A DNA stretch of 48,353 nucleotides from NCBI GenBank assembly GCA_036339465.1, contig JAYZAY010000095.1, positions 1 to 48,353 on the forward strand. The letters are read 5' to 3'. Shown piece by piece: positions 1 through 10,302 of the stretch (position 1 is its first letter; the number at the start of each line of letters is the position of its first letter). Under the pieces are notes generated by a model. It was not told where the DNA came from. It saw only the letters and a list, made by a program, of their open reading frames with translations, and ran no database searches. The translations under genes were made by a program, and so were the position numbers. Source of the stretch: Myxococcota bacterium. Its GTDB lineage: Bacteria; Myxococcota; XYA12-FULL-58-9; JABJBS01.

Positions 1-2
1 AT

Positions 3-401
3 CATGTGACCCGATTATTAAATCAGGTTCTCACTGGGCAAACCCATTCTTGGTGGATGGAGCAATCTCGACCCTATATTGAGGAGATCACACAGTGTTT
101 TCAGGGCCTCGAAACACTTTTCGAAGAAGAACAGAAAACATACCTAAAAGGTCTCGAGTTGGCCCTTAAAACAAAATTGACCAATTCGCCATCACTCGAG
201 TCCATCGCCCTCAACCTGACGAACTTCTACCCAAAAATTGACCTTACCCTGCTAGGAAGTACCTCAAAAGAGCATTGGGTATCTCAATTAAAGACATGCC
301 AACAACCCCTAACGGAAACCCCAGAACCAATCGTACCCATTTTACGACAACATCGACTCGCCATCAGCAAAGCCTATTCCGTTGACGTGGTTGAACCTTA
401 A
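3..401 (+). CDS. Hypothetical protein, 3' part (start probably upstream of the window)
   Basis: Frame is open from the window edge to TAA at 401 and converges on the 418..1680 gene. No recognisable motif. Confidence 0.55.
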   Translation, partial: HVTRLLNQVLTGQTHSWWMEQSRPYIEEITQCFQGLETLFEEEQKTYLKGLELALKTKLTNSPSLESIALNLTNFYPKIDLTLLGSTSKEHWVSQLKTCQQPLTETPEPIVPILRQHRLAISKAYSVDVVEP

Positions 402-417
402 ACCTATCCCCACACTT

Positions 418-1680
418 TCAGAGAAAAGATTTAATCGCATTGGAAAAGCACCCAGCAACATTTTTGGCAACCGGTATTTGAGCTTTGAGATCCGCACGGA
501 CAAAAGCTTGAGCGGGAACCGCACGATAAAGTTCAACAAGAGCGAGCAGTTCTTCATCGGAAAAATCCCTCAGAGCATAAGTCATCACCGCCAATCCCTC
601 AGCCACATAATTATCTTGATTCTTAAGCAAGATTTCCTTTATTTCATAACCGGTAAACCTCTTCCCCTGAAGCTTTCCTGTCGCCGGAAGTAATACTTTC
701 GTTTGTTCGTTGCGTCTCTCCAAATAACGCGTCACCGCAATCAACCGATAGAGAAGGTCTTGTCGCTTAGCCGTTAATTGTTCAAAATTTCCCTTAAAAA
801 ATGCCACCGCTTTAAGCCGACCATCCACAGTTGACACGGCCCTTTCCGCCTGGGAAGCCCGACGAAACTCCGTACCCGCTGCGATTCTATAAAATGCCTG
901 GGCCTCGACAGACGAGAGATGTTTTTTGTAGGACTCTCGATACCTTGAAATATGTTTATCGACACTTAAGCACCTTGAAACCTTTTGCTCGAAGGCCATC
1001 AACCGCGCTTCTGCCTCACGGGAATCGTCGACTCTACTCTTCGAATCTCCCGAAGTGGCTAGGTCTGTTTTGAATTGGCCACGCCTGCCCAAAACCTCCT
1101 TCAGACGTGCAAATAGAACACGTAACCTGCCAGCTATTCCAAGTACCTTAAAAAGTTTTTCATGGGGTTTCTCAATGGTTTTAGGCGCCCCTTCAGCAAG
1201 ACCCTGGGCCACATTTTGATTTGGAGTTTTAGGCGCCGGTCCCACATCCTTTGCAGAAGCGCCTCCTTTCTTGCTGTTCTTCTTTTTCTGGACTTGTACT
1301 TTAATTCTCTTATCCAGTTTTTCTCCCTCCCCAACCAAAGTAGCCTTCACACCAACAGGTTTACAAACCCTGTCCAGACCAATCCTTGTCACCCAACCCC
1401 TATCTGCCTTCACACTCAAGAAGTAACGTTTTTGATACACTTCTAAGAATCTTACTTTCTCGCCAACTCGAAGTTTCTTTTTTACCTTTTTCAATTTAGG
1501 CTTATAGAAAATATTGATCCGCGCCTTAAGGGTGCAACTATCCCCAACCTTAAAGCTCGCCGCTGAAACCGATATGGGTATTCCCAGGAAGATGGTCCCC
1601 ATCAAAATGATACAAATCCAATTATTTCCCCGATTGATTGAACCATTCAACATGATCTGACGCCCCTTCAAGCTCCACAC
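418..1680 (-). CDS. Exported protein with N-terminal SH3-like domain, Lys/Pro linker and helical DUF2059-like C-terminus
   Basis: 420-aa ORF with signal-like ...ISVSAA, SH3b-like ARINIFYKP...GEKVRFL...RGWV, and C-terminal FSDEELLALVELY. The true start may be a downstream ATG. Confidence 0.6.
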   Translation of the reverse strand: MWSLKGRQIMLNGSINRGNNWICIILMGTIFLGIPISVSAASFKVGDSCTLKARINIFYKPKLKKVKKKLRVGEKVRFLEVYQKRYFLSVKADRGWVTRIGLDRVCKPVGVKATLVGEGEKLDKRIKVQVQKKKNSKKGGASAKDVGPAPKTPNQNVAQGLAEGAPKTIEKPHEKLFKVLGIAGRLRVLFARLKEVLGRRGQFKTDLATSGDSKSRVDDSREAEARLMAFEQKVSRCLSVDKHISRYRESYKKHLSSVEAQAFYRIAAGTEFRRASQAERAVSTVDGRLKAVAFFKGNFEQLTAKRQDLLYRLIAVTRYLERRNEQTKVLLPATGKLQGKRFTGYEIKEILLKNQDNYVAEGLAVMTYALRDFSDEELLALVELYRAVPAQAFVRADLKAQIPVAKNVAGCFSNAIKSFL

Positions 1681-1682
1681 CG

Positions 1683-2771
1683 CTACAGAGCCCAGGAGAT
1701 AAATATTTTATATCCATAGGCCAACCCATGGCCTGGGCTCATTAAAAGAACCTTGTGCATGGCATCCAAACCTGCACGCTTCTGTCCATATTGATACAAA
1801 AACACGCCCAGCCAAAATTGTGCTTTCACAAATTTTGGTTCCCTTTCGAGGGCCTGATGTAAGTAATCGATGGCACCAACAATATTATTGTCAGACATAG
1901 ATTTCATGGCCTTAAGGAAACGTAGACCGTTACTATCTGGGTTCAAATCCTCAATTTTCTTCAGGGAGCGAGCAAAATCCTCCGACTCACCGGTGAGTCG
2001 AAAATGATCTGCGGCAATGCGGTGCCCCTCATACCTCCCAAGCGACTTCCTCAGTAATTTGACTTTCAGCTCTGCTACCATTACCAATTTATCCTCAAGC
2101 TCTTGCTCCATCGCATTAATTGCTTGCTGAACTTCATAACGTAATATTTCGAAATCATCGGTATAGCGCCGAGCCGCTTTTTCTTGAGAAGCGGTCAACG
2201 TCCCCCAAATTAATCCCTCGGCAAATACATCAAATCGCTCCTGTGCGAGGGACAAAAATAATTCATGCAGATTAATCGACTCATAAAGACCTTCTACCCA
2301 AACCAGATAAAGCTGAGCACGCCAGGTAAGATTCGTGACATCTCTCGGATATTTCCTTAAATGGGCCTTAAAAATGGCATCTGCACCCTTATAAAGTCCC
2401 AGATGGTCACTCCGGACAATGTCCTGGGCATTCTTAAGCGTCTTTGGATTCAATAACTCTGGAGAAAAACCTTTGGTGGGCGGCGTATGCGCCCCCCTAA
2501 ACACCGCCCTCAATTCTTCTAACTGCTTTATCACAATCAGTTCATCATTTTTAGTCTCTGGCGACGGTGAAACCTTGAGCGGCGGGCTGGCACAAGCCAT
2601 GCTGCATCCAATAACAACCAAAAGACTTTGTCTAAACTGATTCCAATGACGCAGCTTCGAATTCGTCTCCAGAAATTGCGTTCTAAGAGACCGCCACCCA
2701 CCACCGATTAGCCTTAATTTCTTTGCTCGCCAAACCAAGCCACCAAAAGTGTCCATACGCTTAACCCCCAT
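1683..2771 (-). CDS. Putative TPR-containing lipoprotein
   Basis: Lipobox-like LLVVIGCSMAC; C-terminal TPR pattern AIDYLHQALEREPKFVKAQFWLG...VLLMSPGH. Start uncertain. Confidence 0.65.
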   Translation of the reverse strand: MGVKRMDTFGGLVWRAKKLRLIGGGWRSLRTQFLETNSKLRHWNQFRQSLLVVIGCSMACASPPLKVSPSPETKNDELIVIKQLEELRAVFRGAHTPPTKGFSPELLNPKTLKNAQDIVRSDHLGLYKGADAIFKAHLRKYPRDVTNLTWRAQLYLVWVEGLYESINLHELFLSLAQERFDVFAEGLIWGTLTASQEKAARRYTDDFEILRYEVQQAINAMEQELEDKLVMVAELKVKLLRKSLGRYEGHRIAADHFRLTGESEDFARSLKKIEDLNPDSNGLRFLKAMKSMSDNNIVGAIDYLHQALEREPKFVKAQFWLGVFLYQYGQKRAGLDAMHKVLLMSPGHGLAYGYKIFISWAL

Positions 2772-3072
2772 AAAGCTTCAAAGGTTTGAGTATTCGACGC
2801 CGCGCCTTATAACGATCTCCAAATTTCTCCAATCCATCCGCGCGCTCTTTTTCTGCACACTCCTTTAAAAAAGCGTTCAAATCCCTACAACTATCCACGT
2901 GATAATGAACCACAAAATTGGTTTGTTCCGCCGACGTCTCACCCTCCAATTCAAACCAAGTTGCCCTTAGAAAACCTGGGGCGCTCAATACTTTGAGAAT
3001 AAGGAAATCGAGACAGGCTCTAAAATCCTCAACAATGTCCGCCCTCACTTCTAAATTCAGCTCATAAATCAT
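2761..3072 (-). CDS. DUF4286-family (dimeric alpha-beta barrel-like) protein
   Basis: 103 aa: MIYELNLEV...APGF...FVVHYHVDS...R.DGLEKFGD...RRIL pattern. Confidence 0.75.
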   Translation of the reverse strand: MIYELNLEVRADIVEDFRACLDFLILKVLSAPGFLRATWFELEGETSAEQTNFVVHYHVDSCRDLNAFLKECAEKERADGLEKFGDRYKARRRILKPLKLYGG

Positions 3073-3429
3073 TTACCCACTCCACAAACAGGTTACAAAA
3101 TCTCATACCTTGAATGCCACATCACAAGCAATTGCCGGCAAATCGAAAGAGGTTGATAACCGCCAAAACCATGACGGTGCCCAAACTTTCTGAAACACAA
3201 GGTTTTTCGCCCGATACTCAGGCGCACAAACAGATTGCAGATGACAATCCCTCCTAATTATCAATTCGACACAAGTCGAGAACGACGCTATCTGACTCAT
3301 CCAGACACAAAATAACAAAAATCGAGTAGCGATGAAGCGAGTCAGGTTGAGAGAGGAATTACCGTCGTGTTCGATGACGTTCCTCAAGGCCCAAGTAAAG
3401 TACGCGGAAAAATGTATTCACCTCGTGAT

Positions 3430-4084
3430 GCGATGTAACGGTTTTCCTCACAATAATCTCATTTTGGCATATCTTCCAAAGGGCTTCACTTCCTATAGCA
3501 GTTCAAAGAAATTTAATTTGTAACAGAGTAGGTTCGCCTGACCCAGAGTGGTGATGAGCAACGCTAAAACTCCGAACAAAAATTAAAATCTATGGAACGA
3601 GTACCGGCGCTCTGGCCCGGAGAGATCTGGCTCACGCAAAGCATGGCTATCCTTTACTACCTTGAGGCCAAACACCTACACCCACCATTTTAACCAGCCC
3701 CCCCCTCGAAACGGACCCAAGCCATCCAGCTCGCAGACATTATGAATAGCAGTATCTTCCTCCATCAAAACCTTGGCATCCTGCAAGATCTGAAAAACCG
3801 GCACAACCGCAACAGGAAGCCAGTGCTAGCCTGAGCAAAGCATTGGATTCAACGGGGCTTGCGTGCCCTTGAGACCGCCGTTCACGAAACATCAAAACCA
3901 ACAGAACAGAGGACACAGTGTCTATTTAAGATTTATACCTAGACCACAAATTTATCACACAAGCCGTTTCGGGATTGATATGGGCGCCTTCGAAAATCAA
4001 CAAAAGATCAAAACAAATCTCAATGAGCTTTCTGCATTTCAAGCGCCCCACCCGTCAGTACAATCTCACGGTCTCAAAATTTAA
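3430..4084 (+). pseudogene. maiA: Decayed GST zeta / maleylacetoacetate isomerase (MaiA-like) gene
   Basis: Manual translation: VRLTQSGDEQR*NSEQKLKSMERVPALWPGEIWLTQSMAILYYLEAKHLHPPF*PA...QNLGILQDL...A*AKHWIQRGLRALE, then after a frameshift PQIYHTSRFGIDM...LNELSAFQAPHPSVQ. Several stops and frameshifts; 5' limit approximate. Confidence 0.8.
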
Positions 4085-4765
4085 TTTAAACCAGTTCAAG
4101 TCTTTGAGGCGTTTTATATGTTTTCGATAAATTCCCGACTCATTGGTTTGTTTGACGCGTTTTCGGAAATTCTCCAAGGTCCTCAAAGGAATGTTTCGAC
4201 TGGCCATTCTAGCAAGCCAGACCGGCAGCCACCCTCCAGGATCTGCATCAATGGTATAGCGCACTTGGGTTAGAGTATCGGTCTTAATAGCAAAATAGAA
4301 TTCCCCATTCATCCTCGGCATTCTAACCACACCATCAACCGGTGGTTTTAGAGTTGATTGGGTGGATTTAATCACCACCCGAACCCAACTTTCCGCCCGA
4401 TTAATAATTGCCTTGGTTTTAACCACAACATCTCTATCGCTGATGGGCCATGGCGCTGCACTGCGATTATAAACCAAATGTTCCTTCTCATTATACTTCT
4501 CCAAAAGCGCAGCTTCCCGGCAAGCATGCATCCACTCTGGATTTACATTGACGTCCTGGAGAACCGCCAGAAGTTCGAAAATCCCCGCCTCAATCTCACC
4601 CTCACCTCGAAAAACCGGCATGCTACGGCCCGGTACCGCACGCTGGCTCACAGTGATCCCATTCTCTTCTTTGACAATTTCCCATGCAGCATTGGTATTT
4701 AAGTTGTCTGCGGGTTGTGAAGAGATTAGTAAAGTCAACAGCGTCATCGATTGAACAAGAAACAT
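4055..4765 (-). CDS. START/SRPBCC lipid-binding domain protein, probably exported
   Basis: WEIVKEENGITV, PWPISDRDVV, DPGGWLPVWL motifs; hydrophobic N-terminus; ATG overlaps the upstream TAA (TAATG). Confidence 0.88.
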   Translation of the reverse strand: MFLVQSMTLLTLLISSQPADNLNTNAAWEIVKEENGITVSQRAVPGRSMPVFRGEGEIEAGIFELLAVLQDVNVNPEWMHACREAALLEKYNEKEHLVYNRSAAPWPISDRDVVVKTKAIINRAESWVRVVIKSTQSTLKPPVDGVVRMPRMNGEFYFAIKTDTLTQVRYTIDADPGGWLPVWLARMASRNIPLRTLENFRKRVKQTNESGIYRKHIKRLKDLNWFKLNFETVRLY

Positions 4766-7700
4766 TATGGGCCTGCCTCCAACTCGCCGGTGATGAGTTT
4801 GTGCGTGCTACGACAACCCATCCGCCAAAAGAGTTGCTGTGCATCCTGTAGATAATGACGCCGCAAGCTATCTGTCAATTGCGAATGGTTGGCTAGGTGG
4901 TACATCGCTTGTGCTTCCACCGGCATAACCCCCATTTGGCGACCCAACTCCATTGCTCCCTTAAATTGCTTTGCCGCCCCCTGCAGCTTTTGTTCTACCA
5001 AATAGAAACGACCCAGGAGAAGATGATATGCGGGGTCAAAAAGAACCAATCGCTGCTTGAGCTTTTTCATTGCACCCATGGTCCGTAGGTAACAGTCCCT
5101 GAAAGATCCCTGAATCGCGCTTTCTTCTTGAAACGCTCTCCGGTATAAATGGAGATAAGCATCGGCTAATTTCTCACATGCATAACCTCCCACCCGTCCC
5201 ACCATCGGGTATTCCTCTACCCAGACCAACGCCTCGTGTAAATGAGCAATGCCTTTTCGCATATCCCCATTCATCAATTGATAATTTCCTCGAATCACCA
5301 AGCTAGAAAAATAGCCTTCGGTGTTTTTATGGTCCCGCAGAAATCGATTGTAAGATTCGTACACTCGCGGTGACCAGCGCTTCCCCCCAACCACCAATTG
5401 TATCTTAAGAAGTTGATTAAGTGCATCGAGTTGAAAAGAAAGGTGGCGATTTCGTACGGCCATTTTTCGAAGTTTATCCGCCTCCCCCATTGATTTGGGC
5501 AGCTGACCACTAAAGTAGCAAACATCTGCACTCAAACTGAGAAGTGATTCAATTTGGCGATCATCGGCATAAACCAGCGCTACCTCCATCGTATCTTTGA
5601 TTTTCTTGCGCGAGTCTTCCACGTTCCCCTCCATGAGAAGGTTCTCTGCTTCAAACATCGAACAAAAGATCAATGAGTTAGCCTTAGTTTCATCGGTGTG
5701 GGCTTCACCCGCTCTTTGAAAAAACTTCTGAGCTTCGCTCGCTTTACCCAACCAACCGGCAACCAATCCATTCACCGCTAGGAGCTTACTGCGTTCTAAA
5801 ACATCGCTTGAATGGTTCGAGTAGAGAAAAGAGTCAAAAGCATACGCTCTCGCTGACTTCGGGTCTAAAGCGAGTAGCTCGATCATAGCCAAAACAAACG
5901 CGGCCAAAGCTCGCTCTCCTCGGATCGACTCTAAGTTCGCGCCCTTCTCCTCTCCCACCAACAAACGACCCGCAGTCAACCAGTAATGCTCCAATCGACC
6001 ACCATCGAAATTCCTGAAACGCGAAAGAATCTCTACAGGGCGAGATTCCCCAATAATGTCGATGGAAGTCAAAGCCTTAGCCCGTGCTTCATTAAGTTGG
6101 TCGAGACATAGCAAAGTCTCAGCCCACTTTCGATATCCGGAAGCAAGACGCAACTTTAAATCCGGAGTTTCCTTTTTCTCAACCATCTCCTCCAAAATAG
6201 GCATTGCCAATCGAAACTGCCGGGCCGCTTCGTCATAGGCACCCGCCTCAAGGAACTTGGTGGCGGCAATCTCGAAAAACGCACAAGCCGTCCGCTTTTC
6301 ACCTGCGTGCAATAGGTGTTCTGCCATGCTACTCAAAACCGCAGTGGTTTTCTTTGTCGTATTTTCATTCAGCCATTGAGCCACGACCTTATGCAGCCAT
6401 TTACGTTGCTCCATGAGCATCGACTCATAAACAGCGTCCCTAATCAAAACGTGCGAGAAGGAGTAGTTCAACTCGCCACTGTTACTTTCTTGCTTGAGAA
6501 ATCCCAACGAGCAAAGAGCATCGAGATACTGGCGGACGTTCGGTTTATCCTCCAAAACGGGGTAGACTTCCCTCAACATTCTAATCGTAAATGTTTTCCC
6601 GATGACACTCGCTGTTTTCAACACCAACTGCCGAGCCGGGCTAAGAGAATCCAAACGAGACATAATCAAAGAGTGGATATTATTGGGAACATTCATACGA
6701 GCAAAACCATCCAAAAGTTTCTCGTCTACGACCAATTTCCCATTTTGCACCTTCACTAAGCCTCGGTCCTCAAGCGACATGGTCAGTTCTTTAATAAATA
6801 GAGGATTACCACGGGAATAATCCATAACCATATCAACCAAACCGTCTTCAACGAGCTTAATACCCAAGCAGTGGCCAATCAATTCGGAACAATCACCTGC
6901 ATTTAACGGCTTCAGCACAAAACTCTTCGTCCGGGAATGGTTGTATATCCGCGTAAACCAACGCGGCGGTGGAAGAGGAACTGCTCGACTATTGAGGATA
7001 AAAACGACCCCCTTTACTTGTTTCATCAAATCTGCCGTCAATTCTCCGGAAACACCATCCAACCAATGAAGATTCTCAATCACAACAACAATTTTCTTCG
7101 ACGCAGCAAGTTTGGTCAGCAGATATCCAATAACCTCAGCAATCTTGACCGTACGCGACATCCCCGTAAGTTTCTTCGATAAAGCAGACTCGGGCCACTC
7201 AAGGCCCAAGACATCATTAAGGACTGAAACATAATCCAAGAGCTCCGATCCATCAGCCAAGTGGTGCTCAACGCATGATTGCATCGTCATCGAAGTATTC
7301 TGGATAGATTGCGACAGGATATCCTGAAGAATACTTTGCCAAGCAAAAAACGCGCTTCCTGTATCAAAAGAAGAAATTTCAATACGATAAGCTGAGATTC
7401 CTTTGCTTCTAGCAAACTGCATTGACTTTGCGACCAAATGGGATTTCCCCATTCCAGCATCACCACGAACCAACACCACCCGGCACATCTCTGTCTGCTC
7501 AATACAAGACATGTCATTTTCAATGTGGCCGCGTTCTTCTTTACGACCCACAAAAAAGATACGCGCTACCGACGAGCGCTTAGACCGACTGGTTCCCTTG
7601 AGTCTAAATGCCTCAACAGGCTGGCTTTTTCCCTTAACACGAAGTTTTTGTCCTCGCTCATAAGTAAGATTTTTTAGGGTCAACCCATGGGTTGTCGAAT

Positions 7701-8901
7701 CCACAAGGATCCCTTCACTCGCAGCCTGCATCAATCTCGCGGCAAGATTTACCACATCGCCAATCACGGTATATTCTCGTCTAATTTCACCCCCGATAAC
7801 CCCGCAAAAAGCCCCCCCTGTGGTAACACCCGCAGCAAGCCGTAAACGAAGTTCTGAAAGTTTATTCTGGATCCCCATAGCAGCCCTTACGGCTCGCTCC
7901 CCTCCACCCTCCGCAATACGAGGCGGGATCCCCCAAACCGCAATGACCGACACCCCTTTGTCATCCACACTCAGTTTGTTGACCTCACCATCAAAGGAAT
8001 ACACAACATCTTGGACCAATTGAAAAACAGTTTGGTCCCGGTCCAGGGGTGCTCGCGAATGAATATCGGGTAAATTGAGGAAGAGAACACTAACCGAACG
8101 CAACTCGCCCATATACTGCAGCTGACGCGCATCGATCTTGTTTGTGACGGTCGGTGGCAAAAAAGATCGGAGCTTGGTCAACACCTCGCCGTTCAATTCT
8201 ATGGGATGGGTCACATGCTTGCGAACATTAAACTTCTTATCTCGAAGTAGATAGCACCCCGACGAAAGGGATTTCGCCACCACTCTTGTAGCAATGAGTT
8301 TAAATAGCTTGGGCGACAAAATTATATCACCAGGACTCGCACAACCCTCAGCAAAAACAGCATGCTCAAGTGCCTCACCTTTGATCAGAAATTCCCATTT
8401 TTCGTCAACACCACCCACATAAACTAAATCGAGATCACCCACGGCCAAACCCTGCTTAAACTTCAGGACTTCCCCTAACTTTTTCTCAAGAACCGCCTGT
8501 AATTTTGCAATGTTGGTGGCACATACAAGAACCAATTCGGCTGCTCGGTCCAAACTGGGGATCACCTCAGGACAAGGCCAAATCGCAACCAAGGCATCCC
8601 CGGCAAATTTAACCACCTCTCCACCAAATGAATCGATAATTTTTAGAAGCTCTTCATAATGCTGATTCAAAACCGTACTTATTTTCTCGGCTCCGACCGT
8701 CCCCTCGGCGGCCAACTTCTCTGTAAGGGCTGTGAATCCAGACATATCAAGAAAAAGGGTGCCCCCCTTTGTTCGAACTCTTTTGGGCTCTAGCTCTCGG
8801 TCAAGGGCCTCATGATAATAACGAACCACCGGAGGTGGTAAGAAACTCGCTATCTCCCGAAATACTTCGTCGGTCATGGAAACTGCCACTGTCCCAATCA
8901 A
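4765..8901 (-). CDS. Soluble adenylyl cyclase (ADCY10/sAC-like): tandem class III cyclase domains + STAND ATPase + TPR-like region
   Basis: FLDMSGFT and VKFAGDAL (C1); DDKG and EYTVIGDVVNLAARLM (C2); Walker A GDAGMGKS; IENLHWLD; GNPLF; FSHVLIRDAVY. Probable start at ATG 8877. Confidence 0.9.
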   Translation of the reverse strand: MIGTVAVSMTDEVFREIASFLPPPVVRYYHEALDRELEPKRVRTKGGTLFLDMSGFTALTEKLAAEGTVGAEKISTVLNQHYEELLKIIDSFGGEVVKFAGDALVAIWPCPEVIPSLDRAAELVLVCATNIAKLQAVLEKKLGEVLKFKQGLAVGDLDLVYVGGVDEKWEFLIKGEALEHAVFAEGCASPGDIILSPKLFKLIATRVVAKSLSSGCYLLRDKKFNVRKHVTHPIELNGEVLTKLRSFLPPTVTNKIDARQLQYMGELRSVSVLFLNLPDIHSRAPLDRDQTVFQLVQDVVYSFDGEVNKLSVDDKGVSVIAVWGIPPRIAEGGGERAVRAAMGIQNKLSELRLRLAAGVTTGGAFCGVIGGEIRREYTVIGDVVNLAARLMQAASEGILVDSTTHGLTLKNLTYERGQKLRVKGKSQPVEAFRLKGTSRSKRSSVARIFFVGRKEERGHIENDMSCIEQTEMCRVVLVRGDAGMGKSHLVAKSMQFARSKGISAYRIEISSFDTGSAFFAWQSILQDILSQSIQNTSMTMQSCVEHHLADGSELLDYVSVLNDVLGLEWPESALSKKLTGMSRTVKIAEVIGYLLTKLAASKKIVVVIENLHWLDGVSGELTADLMKQVKGVVFILNSRAVPLPPPRWFTRIYNHSRTKSFVLKPLNAGDCSELIGHCLGIKLVEDGLVDMVMDYSRGNPLFIKELTMSLEDRGLVKVQNGKLVVDEKLLDGFARMNVPNNIHSLIMSRLDSLSPARQLVLKTASVIGKTFTIRMLREVYPVLEDKPNVRQYLDALCSLGFLKQESNSGELNYSFSHVLIRDAVYESMLMEQRKWLHKVVAQWLNENTTKKTTAVLSSMAEHLLHAGEKRTACAFFEIAATKFLEAGAYDEAARQFRLAMPILEEMVEKKETPDLKLRLASGYRKWAETLLCLDQLNEARAKALTSIDIIGESRPVEILSRFRNFDGGRLEHYWLTAGRLLVGEEKGANLESIRGERALAAFVLAMIELLALDPKSARAYAFDSFLYSNHSSDVLERSKLLAVNGLVAGWLGKASEAQKFFQRAGEAHTDETKANSLIFCSMFEAENLLMEGNVEDSRKKIKDTMEVALVYADDRQIESLLSLSADVCYFSGQLPKSMGEADKLRKMAVRNRHLSFQLDALNQLLKIQLVVGGKRWSPRVYESYNRFLRDHKNTEGYFSSLVIRGNYQLMNGDMRKGIAHLHEALVWVEEYPMVGRVGGYACEKLADAYLHLYRRAFQEESAIQGSFRDCYLRTMGAMKKLKQRLVLFDPAYHLLLGRFYLVEQKLQGAAKQFKGAMELGRQMGVMPVEAQAMYHLANHSQLTDSLRRHYLQDAQQLFWRMGCRSTHKLITGELEAGP

Positions 8902-9265
8902 CTACCGTGAACGTAATTGCCTTGATGAATGAATAATGCTCTTCCCAAGGGTAACAGTTGTCAGGGGTGAATGCACTGATTCAAACTTAGATCGGGGTAT
9001 CCCTCTTTTCTATCTAGACCATCAAAAAAATGGTTGGAGGCATAAATAAGGCTTGAAGCTTTAGCAACGGTATATTAGACGCCCCTCGACTGAAAAAGGG
9101 CTTTTACTGGCTCTTTCAGACCCTTGTTGAGTGCGCACTCCGGCTTTAGGTCCCCCCACCTACTGGACGTGTTAGGCTTTCTGTTCCCCCCAATCCCCAA
9201 AGTAGCCGTGCACTCAATAAGGGTATTTATTTTGGCCTTACCCAATGAGCTGCTAGGCTCATACC

Positions 9266-10270
9266 GTGAGACCTCCCCCATCAAGAAGCGTAGAACACCG
9301 TATAACGACACGGGATCACCGTGAACTCTCGATCTATGAATTCAGCCCAGAAATACTCCCCTCACCTTTTCGCCCCTTAATCTTGGTCCATGGGCTGGGG
9401 GCAAACGCCTACAACATGGCCTCACCGACCTACGAGGCAAACCTCGCTGAGTATTTGAGCATTCGTGGACACCATGTGTGGCTTTTAGAGATGCGCGGAA
9501 CACATCGAGCCAAACATGTGGGCAAACATCGCCAAAAACCTCGACATAGCTTCGATGACCATGTCTTTTACGATGCGCCTGCAGGCATCGAATTCGTATG
9601 CCAACAAACACATTCTCCGGAAATACACTGGGCCGGACATTCCTTGGGGGGCATGGTGGCTTATGGATACATCCTCAACGGTCTAGGAGACCACATCAAA
9701 CGCCTTGTCACCTTCGGAGCACCGAGTCTTGGCAGTCCGTTGCCCGTAATCCTCCAGTTAGCCGCGAAAACCAAACCCTTGGCAAGGTTCATCCCACGAC
9801 TTCCAATCACCGGTGCCGCCTTCATTGCCAAGTACACACCTCGACTTTTTCGGTATGTTACGGCAAAATTCTCTAGCCACGGTCAAAACATCTCAAAAGA
9901 AGATGTCTATGGCCTGGCATCCATGGCACTGGAGCCCATAGAAACAACCCTATTGGTTCAGCTTGCCAACTACGGGCACGAAATTCAGTCTGGTTCAAAC
10001 AGCAGCAAGTTTCTTTACTGGAATCACCTAGATAAAATCACTTGCCCCACCATGCTCATCGCCGGAACAAAAGACTATTTGACCCCACTCAAAGAAATAG
10101 AACGCACTTGCGAAGCAATCGGTGCACACCGTAAAGAACTCGTGATTTGTGGAAAAGACAATGGCTTCGAACTAGACTACGGGCATATTGATCTTGTTCT
10201 GGCCCGAAATGCCCGCAAGGAAATCTATCCACATGTGGCGCGCTGGTTTGAAGATCCAAACCTAGCCTAA
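9266..10270 (+). CDS. Alpha/beta hydrolase (PhaC/lipase-like serine hydrolase)
   Basis: LVHGLG oxyanion motif, GHSLGG nucleophile, GTKD, DYGHIDL catalytic His. Confidence 0.88.
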   Translation: MRPPPSRSVEHRITTRDHRELSIYEFSPEILPSPFRPLILVHGLGANAYNMASPTYEANLAEYLSIRGHHVWLLEMRGTHRAKHVGKHRQKPRHSFDDHVFYDAPAGIEFVCQQTHSPEIHWAGHSLGGMVAYGYILNGLGDHIKRLVTFGAPSLGSPLPVILQLAAKTKPLARFIPRLPITGAAFIAKYTPRLFRYVTAKFSSHGQNISKEDVYGLASMALEPIETTLLVQLANYGHEIQSGSNSSKFLYWNHLDKITCPTMLIAGTKDYLTPLKEIERTCEAIGAHRKELVICGKDNGFELDYGHIDLVLARNARKEIYPHVARWFEDPNLA

Positions 10271-10302
10271 AAACCATTCAAACGACGCGTACGCCCCCGT
10301 GG

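Noticed and set aside
3103..3387. 94-aa minus-strand ORF
   Set aside because: No motif or clear RBS; probably the non-coding upstream region of the DUF4286 gene.
3430..4084. Stop-codon reassignment or selenocysteine explaining the in-frame stops (also in istA)
   Set aside because: All three stop types plus frameshifts occur, and intact genes end normally with TAA, TAG and TGA.
9266..10270. PHA synthase (PhaC)
   Set aside because: The nucleophile is Ser (GHSLGG), not Cys, and no phaA/B/E genes are nearby.
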